Source: Epithemia pelagica (Eukaryota; Protista; Bacillariophyta). From it: DNA of 64,000 bases. Position 1 is the stretch's first letter. Every line of letters begins with the position of its first letter. The translations under genes were made by a program, and so were the position numbers. Positions 11,486 to 22,522 of the stretch are shown piece after piece. The notes below the pieces were generated by a model. That model did not search any database and had not been told where the DNA came from. It saw only the letters and a program-made list of their open reading frames with translations. Where the stretch lies: positions 2,852,001 to 2,916,000 of the forward strand of contig OX337229.1 in the NCBI GenBank assembly GCA_946965045.2, written 5' to 3'.

Positions 11486-12004
11486 CTGCAGAGGACCATG
11501 AAAACATAGAGGTTGCATAAAGTAAATTGTACATTTTCAAAATAACATCGCATGACTTTCAGTTCCTCAATACGATATTTTATAAACACAAACAATGGAG
11601 TTACTTGTGGATATTCCGTAACTAAAGTCTCTTGACATGTTTTTTCTTGCTATGTGCAAGGTCTCGTTCTCAATTCTCAACACATACAATACACCACCAC
11701 ACCCCTGCACAAGTACGTGCGTCTGTGAGAATTCTGCTTGGTCATTGGTGATAGGACAAGACTGAGCGTCCTTCTTACATAGTTTTTACACATCATTATG
11801 AGGTTAAATAAAGACATCTGATAGGAGTTCCTGTGGGTTGTTCCGAGTAAAAGCCCGACCGGGAAGCCATTTGTACTTTTTCCTCCACCCTCCGGCATAC
11901 AATAGAGCATGGGGGTTCATCAATCGGTTAAGAAACTCGGACGACGGGGACAGTAAGCAATACGTTGTGAGACCAAGGCATATTTCACAGGTGAACCCAC
12001 AATC

Positions 12005-13495
12005 ATGTCATCGATGGGTTTGACGGAAAGTGCGGAGACTGGGCGACAAGACTACGCTTCGCGACCACAGCAGATGGCCGTCTTGTTTGTACAAGCCCTC
12101 TCGTCTATACTGTCAACAGCTGGATCCATCAGTATCATTTACATTATTGTTCGGAACCGGAAGTGGGAGAAGAGCCTTTTTCACCGACTCATGCTTGGCC
12201 TTTCGGTTGGAGATTGCATTGTTTCATTGGGAACGTTAATGGGACCATATTTGCAACCACCTGATGAACTTCTTTTGGCGGCATCGGGCACCACCGCTTC
12301 GTGCTCATTTGCAGCAGTTTTGCAATACGCTCTTGTTTCAAACGTCTATTACAATGGTTTCATCGCGGTTTATTATTATCGGACCATTCGGCTTGGTGAG
12401 CGAGAAGAAAGATTGTCAAAGGCTTACGAAAAATGGATGCATGCTGTATCCATTAGTTTGTCTGTCGTAACAAGTGTTGTTGCCTTGTCGTTGGGTGCCT
12501 ACAATCCTGAAGAATCGGCTCGTCTATGTGGGTTCGCCTTTTACCCGACTAACTGCGATCGCAATACAGACTTGGAGTGCACTCGTGGACAATACACCAA
12601 AGAAATCACACTTTCAGTCCTTTGTCTCATTACTATCCCAGCTGTGAGTGGGATTGTCCTGACTATTCTTGTCTACAGACATGTCAAGCGCGTTTATAAC
12701 AAGAGTCGAAAGTACCGATACAATGCTGAGGAACGAGAATCGCAACGCAAACAACGACTCGCTCAACAAGCTGTCATGTATTGTTGGGCATACATCAACG
12801 CTTTTGTCTGGGGTGTATCGTCATTCACATTTGAAAGTCTTGTACATGGAGAAACCAGAGCAAACCTTGGGAGACCAGGTATCTTTGCGTACCTTTTGAT
12901 GCATGCCTTTTGTTTTCCGTTGCAAGGCTTTATCAATTACTTGGTCTACACTCGACCTCGGTATCGGAAAAGTCGAGAGATGCACCCAGATCGCAGTAGT
13001 ATATATGCGTTGTCACAAGTCTACAAAATGTCGGAGCATCGATACCGATCAAACAATCGCAACCGGGCGAGTTCCACGATGTTGGGACATTCCACGGTCA
13101 CCAGCCAGTGTTCTTCCGCTCATCCCAAACAATCAACGGTTACAACAAAAGCCGAGATGAATACCAATCCTAGAATTCAGCAATCGACTCAGCAATCGAC
13201 ACCTGATTTGACGCCAAACGATGTATGTGGGGATCGCAACACAACTTTGATATCACCAACGCCTTCGGTTCAAGAGGCGGAAACAGAGGAGAAGGAAGAA
13301 GTAGAGGAGCAAACTGGAGAACACCAATCACCATCAGGTTGCCAAACTTCAATGGAAGAAGGCGTGACCGAGGGGCCACCCTCTTCCCAAGACAATCATG
13401 CACTTCCAAAACCATCTTCTTATTCTCCACCCGAGGAGGAGTCCTCGGCTCAAGAGGAATGCGAGCCATACGACGACGAAAATTTTGACACCTAG
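12005..13495 (+). CDS. Seven-transmembrane GPCR-like receptor (cAMP-receptor/Git3-like) with a long polar C-terminal tail
   Basis: 496-aa ORF with about 7 hydrophobic segments: LFHRLMLGLSVGD (TM2), Cys in extracellular loop 1, RLCGF in extracellular loop 2, FPLQGFINYLVY (TM7), then a Ser/Thr/Glu-rich tail. Confidence 0.8.
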   Translation: MSSMGLTESAETGRQDYASRPQQMAVLFVQALSSILSTAGSISIIYIIVRNRKWEKSLFHRLMLGLSVGDCIVSLGTLMGPYLQPPDELLLAASGTTASCSFAAVLQYALVSNVYYNGFIAVYYYRTIRLGEREERLSKAYEKWMHAVSISLSVVTSVVALSLGAYNPEESARLCGFAFYPTNCDRNTDLECTRGQYTKEITLSVLCLITIPAVSGIVLTILVYRHVKRVYNKSRKYRYNAEERESQRKQRLAQQAVMYCWAYINAFVWGVSSFTFESLVHGETRANLGRPGIFAYLLMHAFCFPLQGFINYLVYTRPRYRKSREMHPDRSSIYALSQVYKMSEHRYRSNNRNRASSTMLGHSTVTSQCSSAHPKQSTVTTKAEMNTNPRIQQSTQQSTPDLTPNDVCGDRNTTLISPTPSVQEAETEEKEEVEEQTGEHQSPSGCQTSMEEGVTEGPPSSQDNHALPKPSSYSPPEEESSAQEECEPYDDENFDT

Positions 13496-14245
13496 TCCAG
13501 ATTTTTAAGCAATTTTCCCTGTTTGTAAGAGAAGCCCTGTGGTTTTTGTCTTTGCTGACTTCATAGCTATTAGCTTGACCACAACGTTGTCCGCTGCTCA
13601 TCACTCAAGCATTTTTTGGACGAAAAACTTTCTTGCACCGGAAGACTTGTGTTGGACGGAGGTTGGCTTATACTGTCGTTGAAAGAAGCGAATTACTAGA
13701 AGGAGATCATCTACGAGGATGGCTTTTGTGGCATCCAGCCGGCCGAGACGGTCAAGCGCGGCTATCGACTGATGGAGCACACGATGTGATCGCGGGACAG
13801 TTTCTGTCTTTCTAAGAAGGGTTGCTTTTGATTACTTCGAAATGTCTTGACAGAATAGGTGTGCCTAATTCGGTGACTATTCATTGAAAAGCATTTACTG
13901 CCGAAGCCGTCTAGAGTTTTCAATGAAGCGCAGCTCAATGGGAATTCCGGCGATACCACAACAAAACTTGTCAAGATTCTTATCCCATCAATTGAGTCAA
14001 AATCACTGTTTGCCTAAGTTGACTTATAGCTATAATCGTATTACAAAGTGAAAATAGATACTTTTCATGGAGTTGCGCGTTGCCAAACATGAATGCGCTT
14101 CCTAGGATTGAACTTCGAGATGGCGAGAAGAACCAAAGTCCTCGAGACTTTCGATCATTTGATCTGCCCTGGTAATTTGAAGATTTGTGACAAAGGTCAA
14201 CTCAAAAGCCGTCTCAGTATCAGAATTCAACAAATATAATTCAAG

Positions 14246-16279
14246 TCATTTTCGGGTGGACTTTTCCAATTCACTTTGAATTTGTTGTACATCAATCGGT
14301 CGAATCATCCAGTTCGCCACAAGACTAATACCCATTAGTGCTGCAGCAGCGTAGCACGTTGTATCGTAGAGGAACGGTGTGGGATCAACGGTTCCAACGG
14401 GAACCACCTCCATCAATCGTGCAATAGTTATTGTCTTGGCATCTATGAGCGTTTCAATGGCAGAGGTGTCTTGTAATGAACATCCAAAGGCATGTTCAAA
14501 TGCCGACTCATCTCGCACCTTTGAAAGTAACTCTATTGTGGCGCCGTGGGCGGATTCTTGTCGCAAATAGGTCAAGCCCATGGGACCTGCCACTGCGCTT
14601 GCTGCCCAAGCCGTCAAGAGTTTTCCGTGGAGCGCACCCGAATGTTTGGGACCAAACAAATCGGCAATATAAGCTGGAAGTACCGACAAGACTCCACCAT
14701 AGAATGTAATGGCCAAGACTGAGCCACCACAAAACACAGCAACCATTGGCGTCAACAATGCTGAGGCGACATCCACGTTGCCTGCTGCGACTGCAGAAGC
14801 ATGAAGAGCATACTGGGTGAACGTTGGGCAGAGAGCGACAATGGGCAACGAAACCATCCCAAATAAGGTATATGTGTTACGCCGGCCAAGCGAATCGGAG
14901 ATAGCGCTCCAACCAAAGCGCCCCGCCGCCATGCCAAAGCCCAAAGCAGAGACGTACGCGGTGGCGAACGCAGGTGTCACGAGACTGGGGACCAAATTGG
15001 CCCAGAGATCCGTTAACATGACCTTGGAAGATGATACGAGTGCCAAACCTCCTGTGGCATTTCCAAATACGGAGAGCCATAACAATGGGAACTGAGAAGT
15101 CTTTTGCGTAACGTAATCGACCGGGAGTCCGTAATCATTTGGAGCTACTTGAGACGTTTCCTCTGAGGATGTTGAAGGATTCGTATTTTCGTCGGCTCCT
15201 GTGCTTACGTTGGGCGACCATGCAACATGAGGAATGCGCATAAAACGAGCCCCCAAAAGTCCCAGGCTTCCATAGAAGACTGACAATGTCGCAAGCGCTT
15301 TGGCGGTTCCCGAATCACCAGTTCCCAAAACGTATGCTCCAGGTCCAGGAAGACTGAACGCATGCTTTGCAATGTCCACATCAGTTGCCACAACTACCGG
15401 CGTCCCAGGAGTTCCCAGTTGCGAGGTCTTGGCAACCACCTGTGTTCCATCCTCCAGGGTGGTCAAGGTTACATGATCCGTGGCACAACCCGACGAGGCT
15501 GCACCGTCTGTCAGCACATGCAACGGGCCAATGTAATCCGGTGCAACAGCGTAGTAGTCTATACAACCCTGGATCATTGCTGGTGCAATGGCGGCACCTG
15601 CCCCAAAGGCTGACAAGGCTAACCCAGTGGCCAGACCACGTCGATCCGGAAACCACTTCATGACAGCGGAGACGGGGCTCAAGTACAAGAGACCCCAACC
15701 CATACCACCCAATACCCCCCATCCCAGGTAAACCAACGGAAGTGAATGACAGAGGACACCTGCGGCGGTAGTTAGGAGGGCCGAAGACCAGAGGACGGAT
15801 CCCACCAACGCTGCACGGCGTGGACCAACCGACTCGACCCAGGTGCCTAATGTGGCAGTGGTGATTCCCAGCACCACGGCAGAAGCCGACCATACAGGGA
15901 CAACATCTGCTTGAGTCCAATCTAAGGAACATGAAGATACGACTCCCAGAGCATGCGTCATTCCAGGAGTCCACATACTATAACAATAGACGGAACCTAT
16001 GGCCAAATGAACCGCGTTCGCCGGAGGGAGTGCCCACCAACGCTTCTCCACGGGAGTATCCACATCGGCAGTCGCCGCTTCCAGCGAGAAAGATGACAGA
16101 GACTTATTCTTTGATGCTTGAGAGGATGAGAACCGTACACAACCAGGTTCCGTAGCACCCCCAACTCCAAGGAACAAGGGAGGAGAAGCTTCTCCAAGTA
16201 TCATATACCTCAAACGTGATGATCCTAACCTCCGTTTCCAACTTAATTGAAGCATGCTGTGCATTCCCTTTACGCCCAT
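14246..16279 (-). CDS. MFS transporter, oxalate/formate antiporter (OFA) family
   Basis: 677 aa; AVHLAIGSVYCYS, WFPDRRGLATG, GRFGWSAISDSLGRR and PAYIADLFGPKHSGALHG are typical OFA/YhjX motifs. Confidence 0.88.
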   Translation of the reverse strand: MGVKGMHSMLQLSWKRRLGSSRLRYMILGEASPPLFLGVGGATEPGCVRFSSSQASKNKSLSSFSLEAATADVDTPVEKRWWALPPANAVHLAIGSVYCYSMWTPGMTHALGVVSSCSLDWTQADVVPVWSASAVVLGITTATLGTWVESVGPRRAALVGSVLWSSALLTTAAGVLCHSLPLVYLGWGVLGGMGWGLLYLSPVSAVMKWFPDRRGLATGLALSAFGAGAAIAPAMIQGCIDYYAVAPDYIGPLHVLTDGAASSGCATDHVTLTTLEDGTQVVAKTSQLGTPGTPVVVATDVDIAKHAFSLPGPGAYVLGTGDSGTAKALATLSVFYGSLGLLGARFMRIPHVAWSPNVSTGADENTNPSTSSEETSQVAPNDYGLPVDYVTQKTSQFPLLWLSVFGNATGGLALVSSSKVMLTDLWANLVPSLVTPAFATAYVSALGFGMAAGRFGWSAISDSLGRRNTYTLFGMVSLPIVALCPTFTQYALHASAVAAGNVDVASALLTPMVAVFCGGSVLAITFYGGVLSVLPAYIADLFGPKHSGALHGKLLTAWAASAVAGPMGLTYLRQESAHGATIELLSKVRDESAFEHAFGCSLQDTSAIETLIDAKTITIARLMEVVPVGTVDPTPFLYDTTCYAAAALMGISLVANWMIRPIDVQQIQSELEKSTRK

Positions 16280-16801
16280 GATTCAAGCTATCCAAATCCA
16301 ATTGATTGTGGTTTTACGATGGGGTCTCAATCCAATAGCTTGAAAACCGTCTATCATCATGGTGAATGGTGAGTTGATTTTTTTGTGCGATTATGATCAT
16401 CGATACAAAAAATTCCAAAATCTCTAGCTTTGTAAGTTTTAGTTTGTATGACCGTGGAAGCAATTTTACCAATTATCTCGCTTGAAATTTCTGCTTATTT
16501 GCGGATGGAAATGAAAAAAAGTAAAAAATAAGTGTGCCGTTGTCGTCATCGAAAAGCCGCAGATCACAATTGCGATCGTCTCAACAGCATCAACACCGAG
16601 GAAACGCCGCTGAGCTTTCAACGAACGTAAGTTGTTTGAGCATGTCCACAATATCTCATCGCTTTCACATTGTCTAACAGTGGATCATGTTCTCACCGCC
16701 TGCGTTCATTATGTCAAAACGCTGGTGTCGCTTGCACACTGACTGACTGACTGACCCACACGTGTTTGGCATGTCCTTTGGTTTGGCAGTTTCTTGTTAC
16801 C

Positions 16802-17434
16802 ATGTTTTCTCTTACGACCCATGCTTGCAAAATCGCTCGGGCGAGTCAATTGACGGCAGGTAGAGCCCTGTCGACGGAGGCTGAGCATCGTCCCCTTATT
16901 CAGCTTCATGGTTTGCACGCTCGCTATGCCAACGCTACGTACGTAGCAGCTTCCAAAGCGGGGAAACTGGACAAGGTCGAGGTCGATTTGAATAGTCTTT
17001 TGGCAGCCTCGGAATCCTCGAAATCATTTGGTGCATTCCTTGCGAATCCTATGATTAGTCGAGAGACCAAGACTGCCTTTGTCAACTCCTTGGACAAGGT
17101 CTCCGACATTACACGTAGTCTCTTGGTGACCATGGCAGGTAATGCTCGCTTGGGTGAATTGCCCAAGGTTGCTTCGTCCTTCTCGGAACTCATGAAGGCC
17201 AAGCGAGGTGAAGTTGCGGCCAAAATCATTAGTGCCGAAAAGTTGACCGCTGCCGAACTCAAGGAGGTCAAGACTGCTATGCAAAACCAAGTTCCTGCTG
17301 GCAAGTCTGTCACGATCGAAGCTGTGGTGGACCCGTCTATCATTGGTGGATTACAAGTCCAAATTGGTGACCAGTTTTTGGATCTCTCGACCCGAAGCCG
17401 CATTGATCAAATCGCCCGAACACCCGTTTCGTAA
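16802..17434 (+). CDS. ATP5: Mitochondrial ATP synthase OSCP (delta) subunit
   Basis: HARYANATY, FLANPMI, LLVTMAGNARL and VDPSIIGGLQVQIGDQFLDLS. Probable start ATG 16802 gives a basic N-terminus resembling a mitochondrial presequence; the exact 5' end is uncertain. Confidence 0.92.
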   Translation: MFSLTTHACKIARASQLTAGRALSTEAEHRPLIQLHGLHARYANATYVAASKAGKLDKVEVDLNSLLAASESSKSFGAFLANPMISRETKTAFVNSLDKVSDITRSLLVTMAGNARLGELPKVASSFSELMKAKRGEVAAKIISAEKLTAAELKEVKTAMQNQVPAGKSVTIEAVVDPSIIGGLQVQIGDQFLDLSTRSRIDQIARTPVS

Positions 17435-18046
17435 GGCCGTTGATCAATCGTTTTACAAGTACACACATGTTCGCAAAATCTTAAGCTAAGATTTAGCCCT
17501 TTTAGGTCTTTTGAAACGAACCAGAGAATATCGTAGAAAGGCGCGTTTGTCGTCATCACATTTGACAACATTCAGTCAATGAGAGTTTATATATTTCGAG
17601 TGTCCGAGGGCGTATGGAGCGCAGAATACGAAACATCAAGGAAAGAGTGAGGGCGTCATACAACATGCTTCCCTTTCACTCATCTTTTTGCTTTCTGCGA
17701 AGGATTCACGAGTCCTAAATATACAACATTGTGCGCTGTTTAATGGGCTTAGCAACCTCAAAGCTCTGCGACTTACGAATGTAGCGATGTTCCGTCCGGT
17801 TTATGCAGTCCACGACCGATCAATGGTTCTTGTCAAGGAAACTCATCGTTGCCCTTGATCAGAGCTACCTAGCAGCATCCGTTGCTGACAATCGTGGAAC
17901 AACTAATTCAGAGGCTACTGTAAGGTTTGCAAGATGTGATGAGGACTGCGTTCTGATTCGAGGTGCGATTGCAGCTGAATAATGCCCTTTTCTAGAAATG
18001 ACAGTTATTCGTTACTTCTTAGTTTTCTTGATCAAATGCGTTGTGT

Positions 18047-19513
18047 TCATTCGCTTGAGGACATGCTGGCGAGGTCCCATCCTTCTCCTCGGTCAATTAC
18101 ATCTTTCCTGTTGGGTCCAACCCCGATCCATCGTATCGGGATGCCAAGCAGTTCTTGTACGCGCAAGATGTACTTCTGGCAATTCTCTGGGAGTTCCTCA
18201 AAGGTTTTACATGTACTAATGTCCTCTGTCCAGCCAGGTAGAACTTCGTATTCGACTTCCACATTACTCAACATCTCCAAAGAGGCTGGCATACTAGACA
18301 GGTATTCGCCTTTGTATTTGTACGCCTTTCCAAGCTTGACTTCTGGGATACCTGTGAGGACATCCACTTTGGTCAAATTGATGCTTGTGAATCCATTGAT
18401 TATGGCAGAATACTTCATTTGTGGAATGTCAAGCCAACCACATCGACGTGAACGTCCAGTCGTTGTGCCGTACTCGACTCCGACTTTGGAGAAATGCAAA
18501 CCAGGTCCTTCGCTAATGTCCAACTCGGTCGGAAATGGACCTTCGCCGACTCTTGTACAGTAGGCTTTAACAGTTCCGTAGATGCCTCTCAACTTCCGAG
18601 GACTCACACCTAATCCAGTTAATACACTTCCGACTGATGGATTGCTGCTCGTCACATAGGGGTAGGTCCCAAAGTCAATGTCAAGCATTGTCGCGTTAGC
18701 ACCCTCGACAAGAATTCTTTTTCCATCGGCAAACTGTCTGTTGGTATAATCGATAGTATCAATTGTCATTGCACCGACTCTTTGCGCAATCGATTTGTAA
18801 AATTCTAGTTGTGCGTCAACATCAATCTCCAAATCCGAAAAATGCCGCATGTGCTGCTCTGCCAATGCTCGGAAACGGCGCTCGAAAAACTCCCAATCCT
18901 GCAGATCGCCCACTCGCAGTCCATTTCGACTTATTTTGGATGCATAAGCCGGGCCGATCCCCTTCTTTGTGGTACCAATTTTGTGGCGACCTAGTTTCGC
19001 TTCTTGTCGCCCGTCTACTTCCTGGTGAAAGTCAAACACCAAATGTGCCCGGTCCGAGATAAAAACTCGCCCAGCGTAGTCGACCCCCGACTCTGTCAAG
19101 GAATCTAGTTCATTCAAGAAAGATGGAAGATGAACTACGACACCATTGCCAATAACACATGTTGCCTTTGGATTCAACACGCCTGACGGGAGCAGGTGAA
19201 ACTTGTATTTCTTTCCATCCACGACGATTGTGTGACCAGCGTTGGATCCACCGGCGACACGAGCACAAACATCGTAATCCTGGGACAACATGTCTACTAG
19301 TTTGCCCTTGCCCTCGTCACCCCACTGCGCGCCAAGAACAATGTCGATTCCATGCGGTTTTGCAGAAGAGGTGGTCTGCGAAGAAGAGTTCTGGTAGGGT
19401 CCGGCAATCAAGCCCTCAATACGATGGACACTTCGAGAGATGTCGAATAGCATGTCCAAAATGGTTTTCGGTGGGGAATCGCAGCTAGTTCTTCCTTGTT
19501 GTTCGTTGTTCAT
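18047..19513 (-). CDS. purA: Adenylosuccinate synthetase
   Basis: GAQWGDEGKGK, GGSNAGHT, IGTTKKGIGPAY, EGANATMLDIDFGTYPYVTSS and GTTTGRSRRCGWLD. Confidence 0.98.
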   Translation of the reverse strand: MNNEQQGRTSCDSPPKTILDMLFDISRSVHRIEGLIAGPYQNSSSQTTSSAKPHGIDIVLGAQWGDEGKGKLVDMLSQDYDVCARVAGGSNAGHTIVVDGKKYKFHLLPSGVLNPKATCVIGNGVVVHLPSFLNELDSLTESGVDYAGRVFISDRAHLVFDFHQEVDGRQEAKLGRHKIGTTKKGIGPAYASKISRNGLRVGDLQDWEFFERRFRALAEQHMRHFSDLEIDVDAQLEFYKSIAQRVGAMTIDTIDYTNRQFADGKRILVEGANATMLDIDFGTYPYVTSSNPSVGSVLTGLGVSPRKLRGIYGTVKAYCTRVGEGPFPTELDISEGPGLHFSKVGVEYGTTTGRSRRCGWLDIPQMKYSAIINGFTSINLTKVDVLTGIPEVKLGKAYKYKGEYLSSMPASLEMLSNVEVEYEVLPGWTEDISTCKTFEELPENCQKYILRVQELLGIPIRWIGVGPNRKDVIDRGEGWDLASMSSSE

Positions 19514-20028
19514 CCACAGCTAGTGAAGAGCAAAAGAAAGAGCATCCATCATGCTGATTAGTGTCGGCATCATCATTTGATCGAGATGCAATAGTGACGA
19601 AAAACCTACCGCACTACCAATGGCACCACCTATGGCCCCGGCACCAACCATGACGGCCGGGGATGATCTACTGAATGCTTGACGAAACATCGATGAAGCA
19701 GGATCTCCAACAGCCGGATATATTCCGACTTTGTATCACTGTAGATGAAATAATAAAGTTGCGAGGTGTGTCAAAAAAAACATCACCGCACCCACCAAAA
19801 AAGGAGAGAATTCCCACCAACCACGTACCAAATCAAAAATTGCGAGGTTCAAAACATATGACGTCATGTCTTTGGTGCCCTTGAGGGCCCATGGGCGCAC
19901 CCGCACCGTGCCTTTTGTCCAGCATCTGCCACCGCGTGATGTGCGCGATCCAAAGCTTCAATGTCCGGGTACGCAAAGGATTGTTCGCCTGTTGACCCCA
20001 ATATCTCCTTCATCCTAACAGGTTCACC

Positions 20029-20780
20029 ATGAAGTCCGCCATCTTCGCCGCTCTCCTCTCCAGCGCTGCTGCGTTCGCGCCCTCCCAAAAGGTGCGTTTA
20101 AACTGTGTGCATGGGACGCCTTGATTTCGCATGTTTGTTAGGACGACACTGCTTGGAGGTTGCACAATAGAGGCCACGAGCAATGTAATTGGCTGTCTTT
20201 GTCCTTCTCACCTCAACATGTTTGATGTTGTAACAATTTGTAGGTGGTCTCCTCGACTGCTTTGAACGCCGAAATGTCGAAGTCAGTGCCGTTTTTGGTC
20301 GCACCGGCTAACACAAAGGGATGGGTTGGCGATGACGAATTTGACCCCCTTGGCTTCTCGGACTACTTCGACATGAAGTGGTTGCGAGAAGCAGAAATCA
20401 AGCACGGACGTGTCTCCATGCTTGCCACTGTTGGATTTGTCGCCCAGCAATACTACACTCTTCCTGGAATGACTCCCGTTGAAAATTCCAACCTTGCCCC
20501 TGAAACTGCCGGAGTCTCCTCCATGTTGCAAATTGTGTTCTACGTTGGTATTTTGGAGTTCTGGATGAACAAAGGAAAGGTCACCATGGAGACTATGTTC
20601 GAGGACTCCGACCGTGTTCCAGGAGACTTTGGATTTGACCCAATGGGCTTGTCTGTTGGCAAGACTGAGGAACAAAAGGCAGATATGCAATTGAAGGAAA
20701 TCCGAAACGGCAGACTTGCAATGCTTGCCATTGGTGGTATGATCCACCACAACATTGTCACAGGCGATGCTCTTTTCTAA
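20029..20780 (+). CDS. Fucoxanthin-chlorophyll a/c light-harvesting protein, Lhcr type; exons 20029-20091 and 20244-20780
   Basis: Exon 1 MKSAIFAALLSSAAAFAPSQK is a signal peptide plus ASAFAP-type motif; GT-AG intron 20092-20243; FDPLGFS, WLREAEIKHGRVSMLA, GDFGFDPMGL and KEIRNGRLAMLA. Confidence 0.95.
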
Positions 20781-21432
20781 GCCGTTTTTGCCACGTAATA
20801 GGGGAATGTCACTTTAGAGAAGGTGGTAGCTCCGCTTGAGACTGGACCAAGAGTATAGCTAATGAAGACATAGGTTTATTGATCTCGATCGCAATGATCA
20901 TATGTCATTCAGGAAACATGTACTATATAGTGTCTGCTACACAACTTGGTCGGAAGTATGGTTGTTGGGATCGTAGAGTCAGTTTGATAGTGGAGGACGG
21001 TTGTTCCATCTCCCACTGACCGCGAAATGATTTTCTAAACGTGGAAAGCATTCCTTCTCCATGGATGCATCCAAGCACCGTTGTCCGAAACATTTTACTA
21101 AAACATAGGAGTACTCCAATGAGACTTTCATTTGTCTCCTCAATTGTCTTCGATCTTCTCCTAGAAGAACCTACCTAGGTAGGTCCAGAGCTAGGAGTAG
21201 TTAATTGGGCGCGTAGCGCGTAGCGCCTGGGGTAACCTGTAACCTTATTGGAGTTGGAGTTGGAATGATCCATGCGCGCCGGGTGAGTACAGATAGCCGC
21301 CAAAGTAAAAGATACGAAACACGAAGCAAACGTCATTTTGCATCTTTTGGCACAGATCCAATAGACACCGACCATCAACACACAACTTGGAACAACCAGG
21401 TATCCAGAACGTGGATAATTGTTGCGACAATT

Positions 21433-22441
21433 ATGACCTCTTTCAGTCTCTGCATTATTATTGCTCTTTACCTCACGAGTTCCGCCAGTGCTCTCTCGTC
21501 ATCGGGTGGCTATTTGGCTTCTTTGTTTCGGTCTCACGCGACGGCGGACACGCTGGTTCCACAGCCTCCCTCTACTCCACCAAGTAATGGTAGGTTTTCC
21601 CGAAACTGGGACCCTTGATCATATCAATAAATCCGTTTCTCATATCACTCTTCTTTGTATCCCTACAGAGGTAATCAACGGATATAACGTGGCAGATGGA
21701 AGTGATGATGAGATTGTCACGTTTTCCCACGCCCCTTTTTCTTATTTTGCGCTTGATCGACTCACACCAAAAGGCCCTCGAAAAAATCCGGATGTTGGAC
21801 AGCCGCACGATGCGACACGTAAGTTGGTCCAAAACGGCGCCGTATCGTGTGGATCTTGGTGGTGCGCCGATGGTGGTTGGCCGTCTCCAGCCTTACGGAC
21901 GACAACGGAAATTTTCATTGTCTTGTCTGGCAATGGGTGTCTCACAGACATGGATGGAACCAAGCACTACTTTGGACCTGGAGACACCGTCATCTTGCCA
22001 AAGGGTTGGTCAGGCCGATGGGATGTATTGCAACCCATTCATAAAGTATGGGTCGTTCACAATCATGAGAACATTGAAGAAAGCTCCAATCCAATTCGCG
22101 CTCGTGTTACGCCCTATCAAAGTTCGGCCCCACATTGCCTTGGACCACTGACGACTCGAACGAATCCCCTCCACGGCAACCCGAGCTCGGCTCATCATAC
22201 ATTCTACAGTGTGGGGCCCACAGACGTTGGGTTTTGGATGTGTACACCGGGATCATTCCATGTAATTGAGCAACAATCCACAGAGTGCTTCCATGTTCTG
22301 GAAGGTGTATTTTTCCTTTCAAACGCTGATGGAAGTGCCACGCGTTGCGTCGCAGGTGATACTGTCATGTTGCCAAAAGGGTGGAAAGGATACTGGGATG
22401 TAATCGAAACTGTAAAGAAACTATGGGTCATAGTAGAGTAA
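21433..22441 (+). CDS. Signal-peptide protein with two cupin_3 (DUF861/EutQ-like) domains; intron 21590-21668
   Basis: Exon 1 MTSFSLCIIIALYLTSSASALSS... splices in phase 1 (gtaggt...ctacag) to the track ORF frame. Two cupin repeats: GSWWC..EIFIVLSG..GPGDTVILPKGWSGRWDV and GFWMC..ECFHVLEG..AGDTVMLPKGWKGYWDV. Confidence 0.8.
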
Positions 22442-22522
22442 TAATGGTGGGATAGAAAAAGCTCGCAGATAGGTTAATCCTTTTCGTTGCTATTACTAAC
22501 CGGGGATGAATCCACTACTTAC

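Noticed and set aside
21169-21184. 16-bp palindrome ACCTACCTAGGTAGGT
   Set aside because: Isolated and short, with no matching element ends; may be chance or a minor promoter feature.
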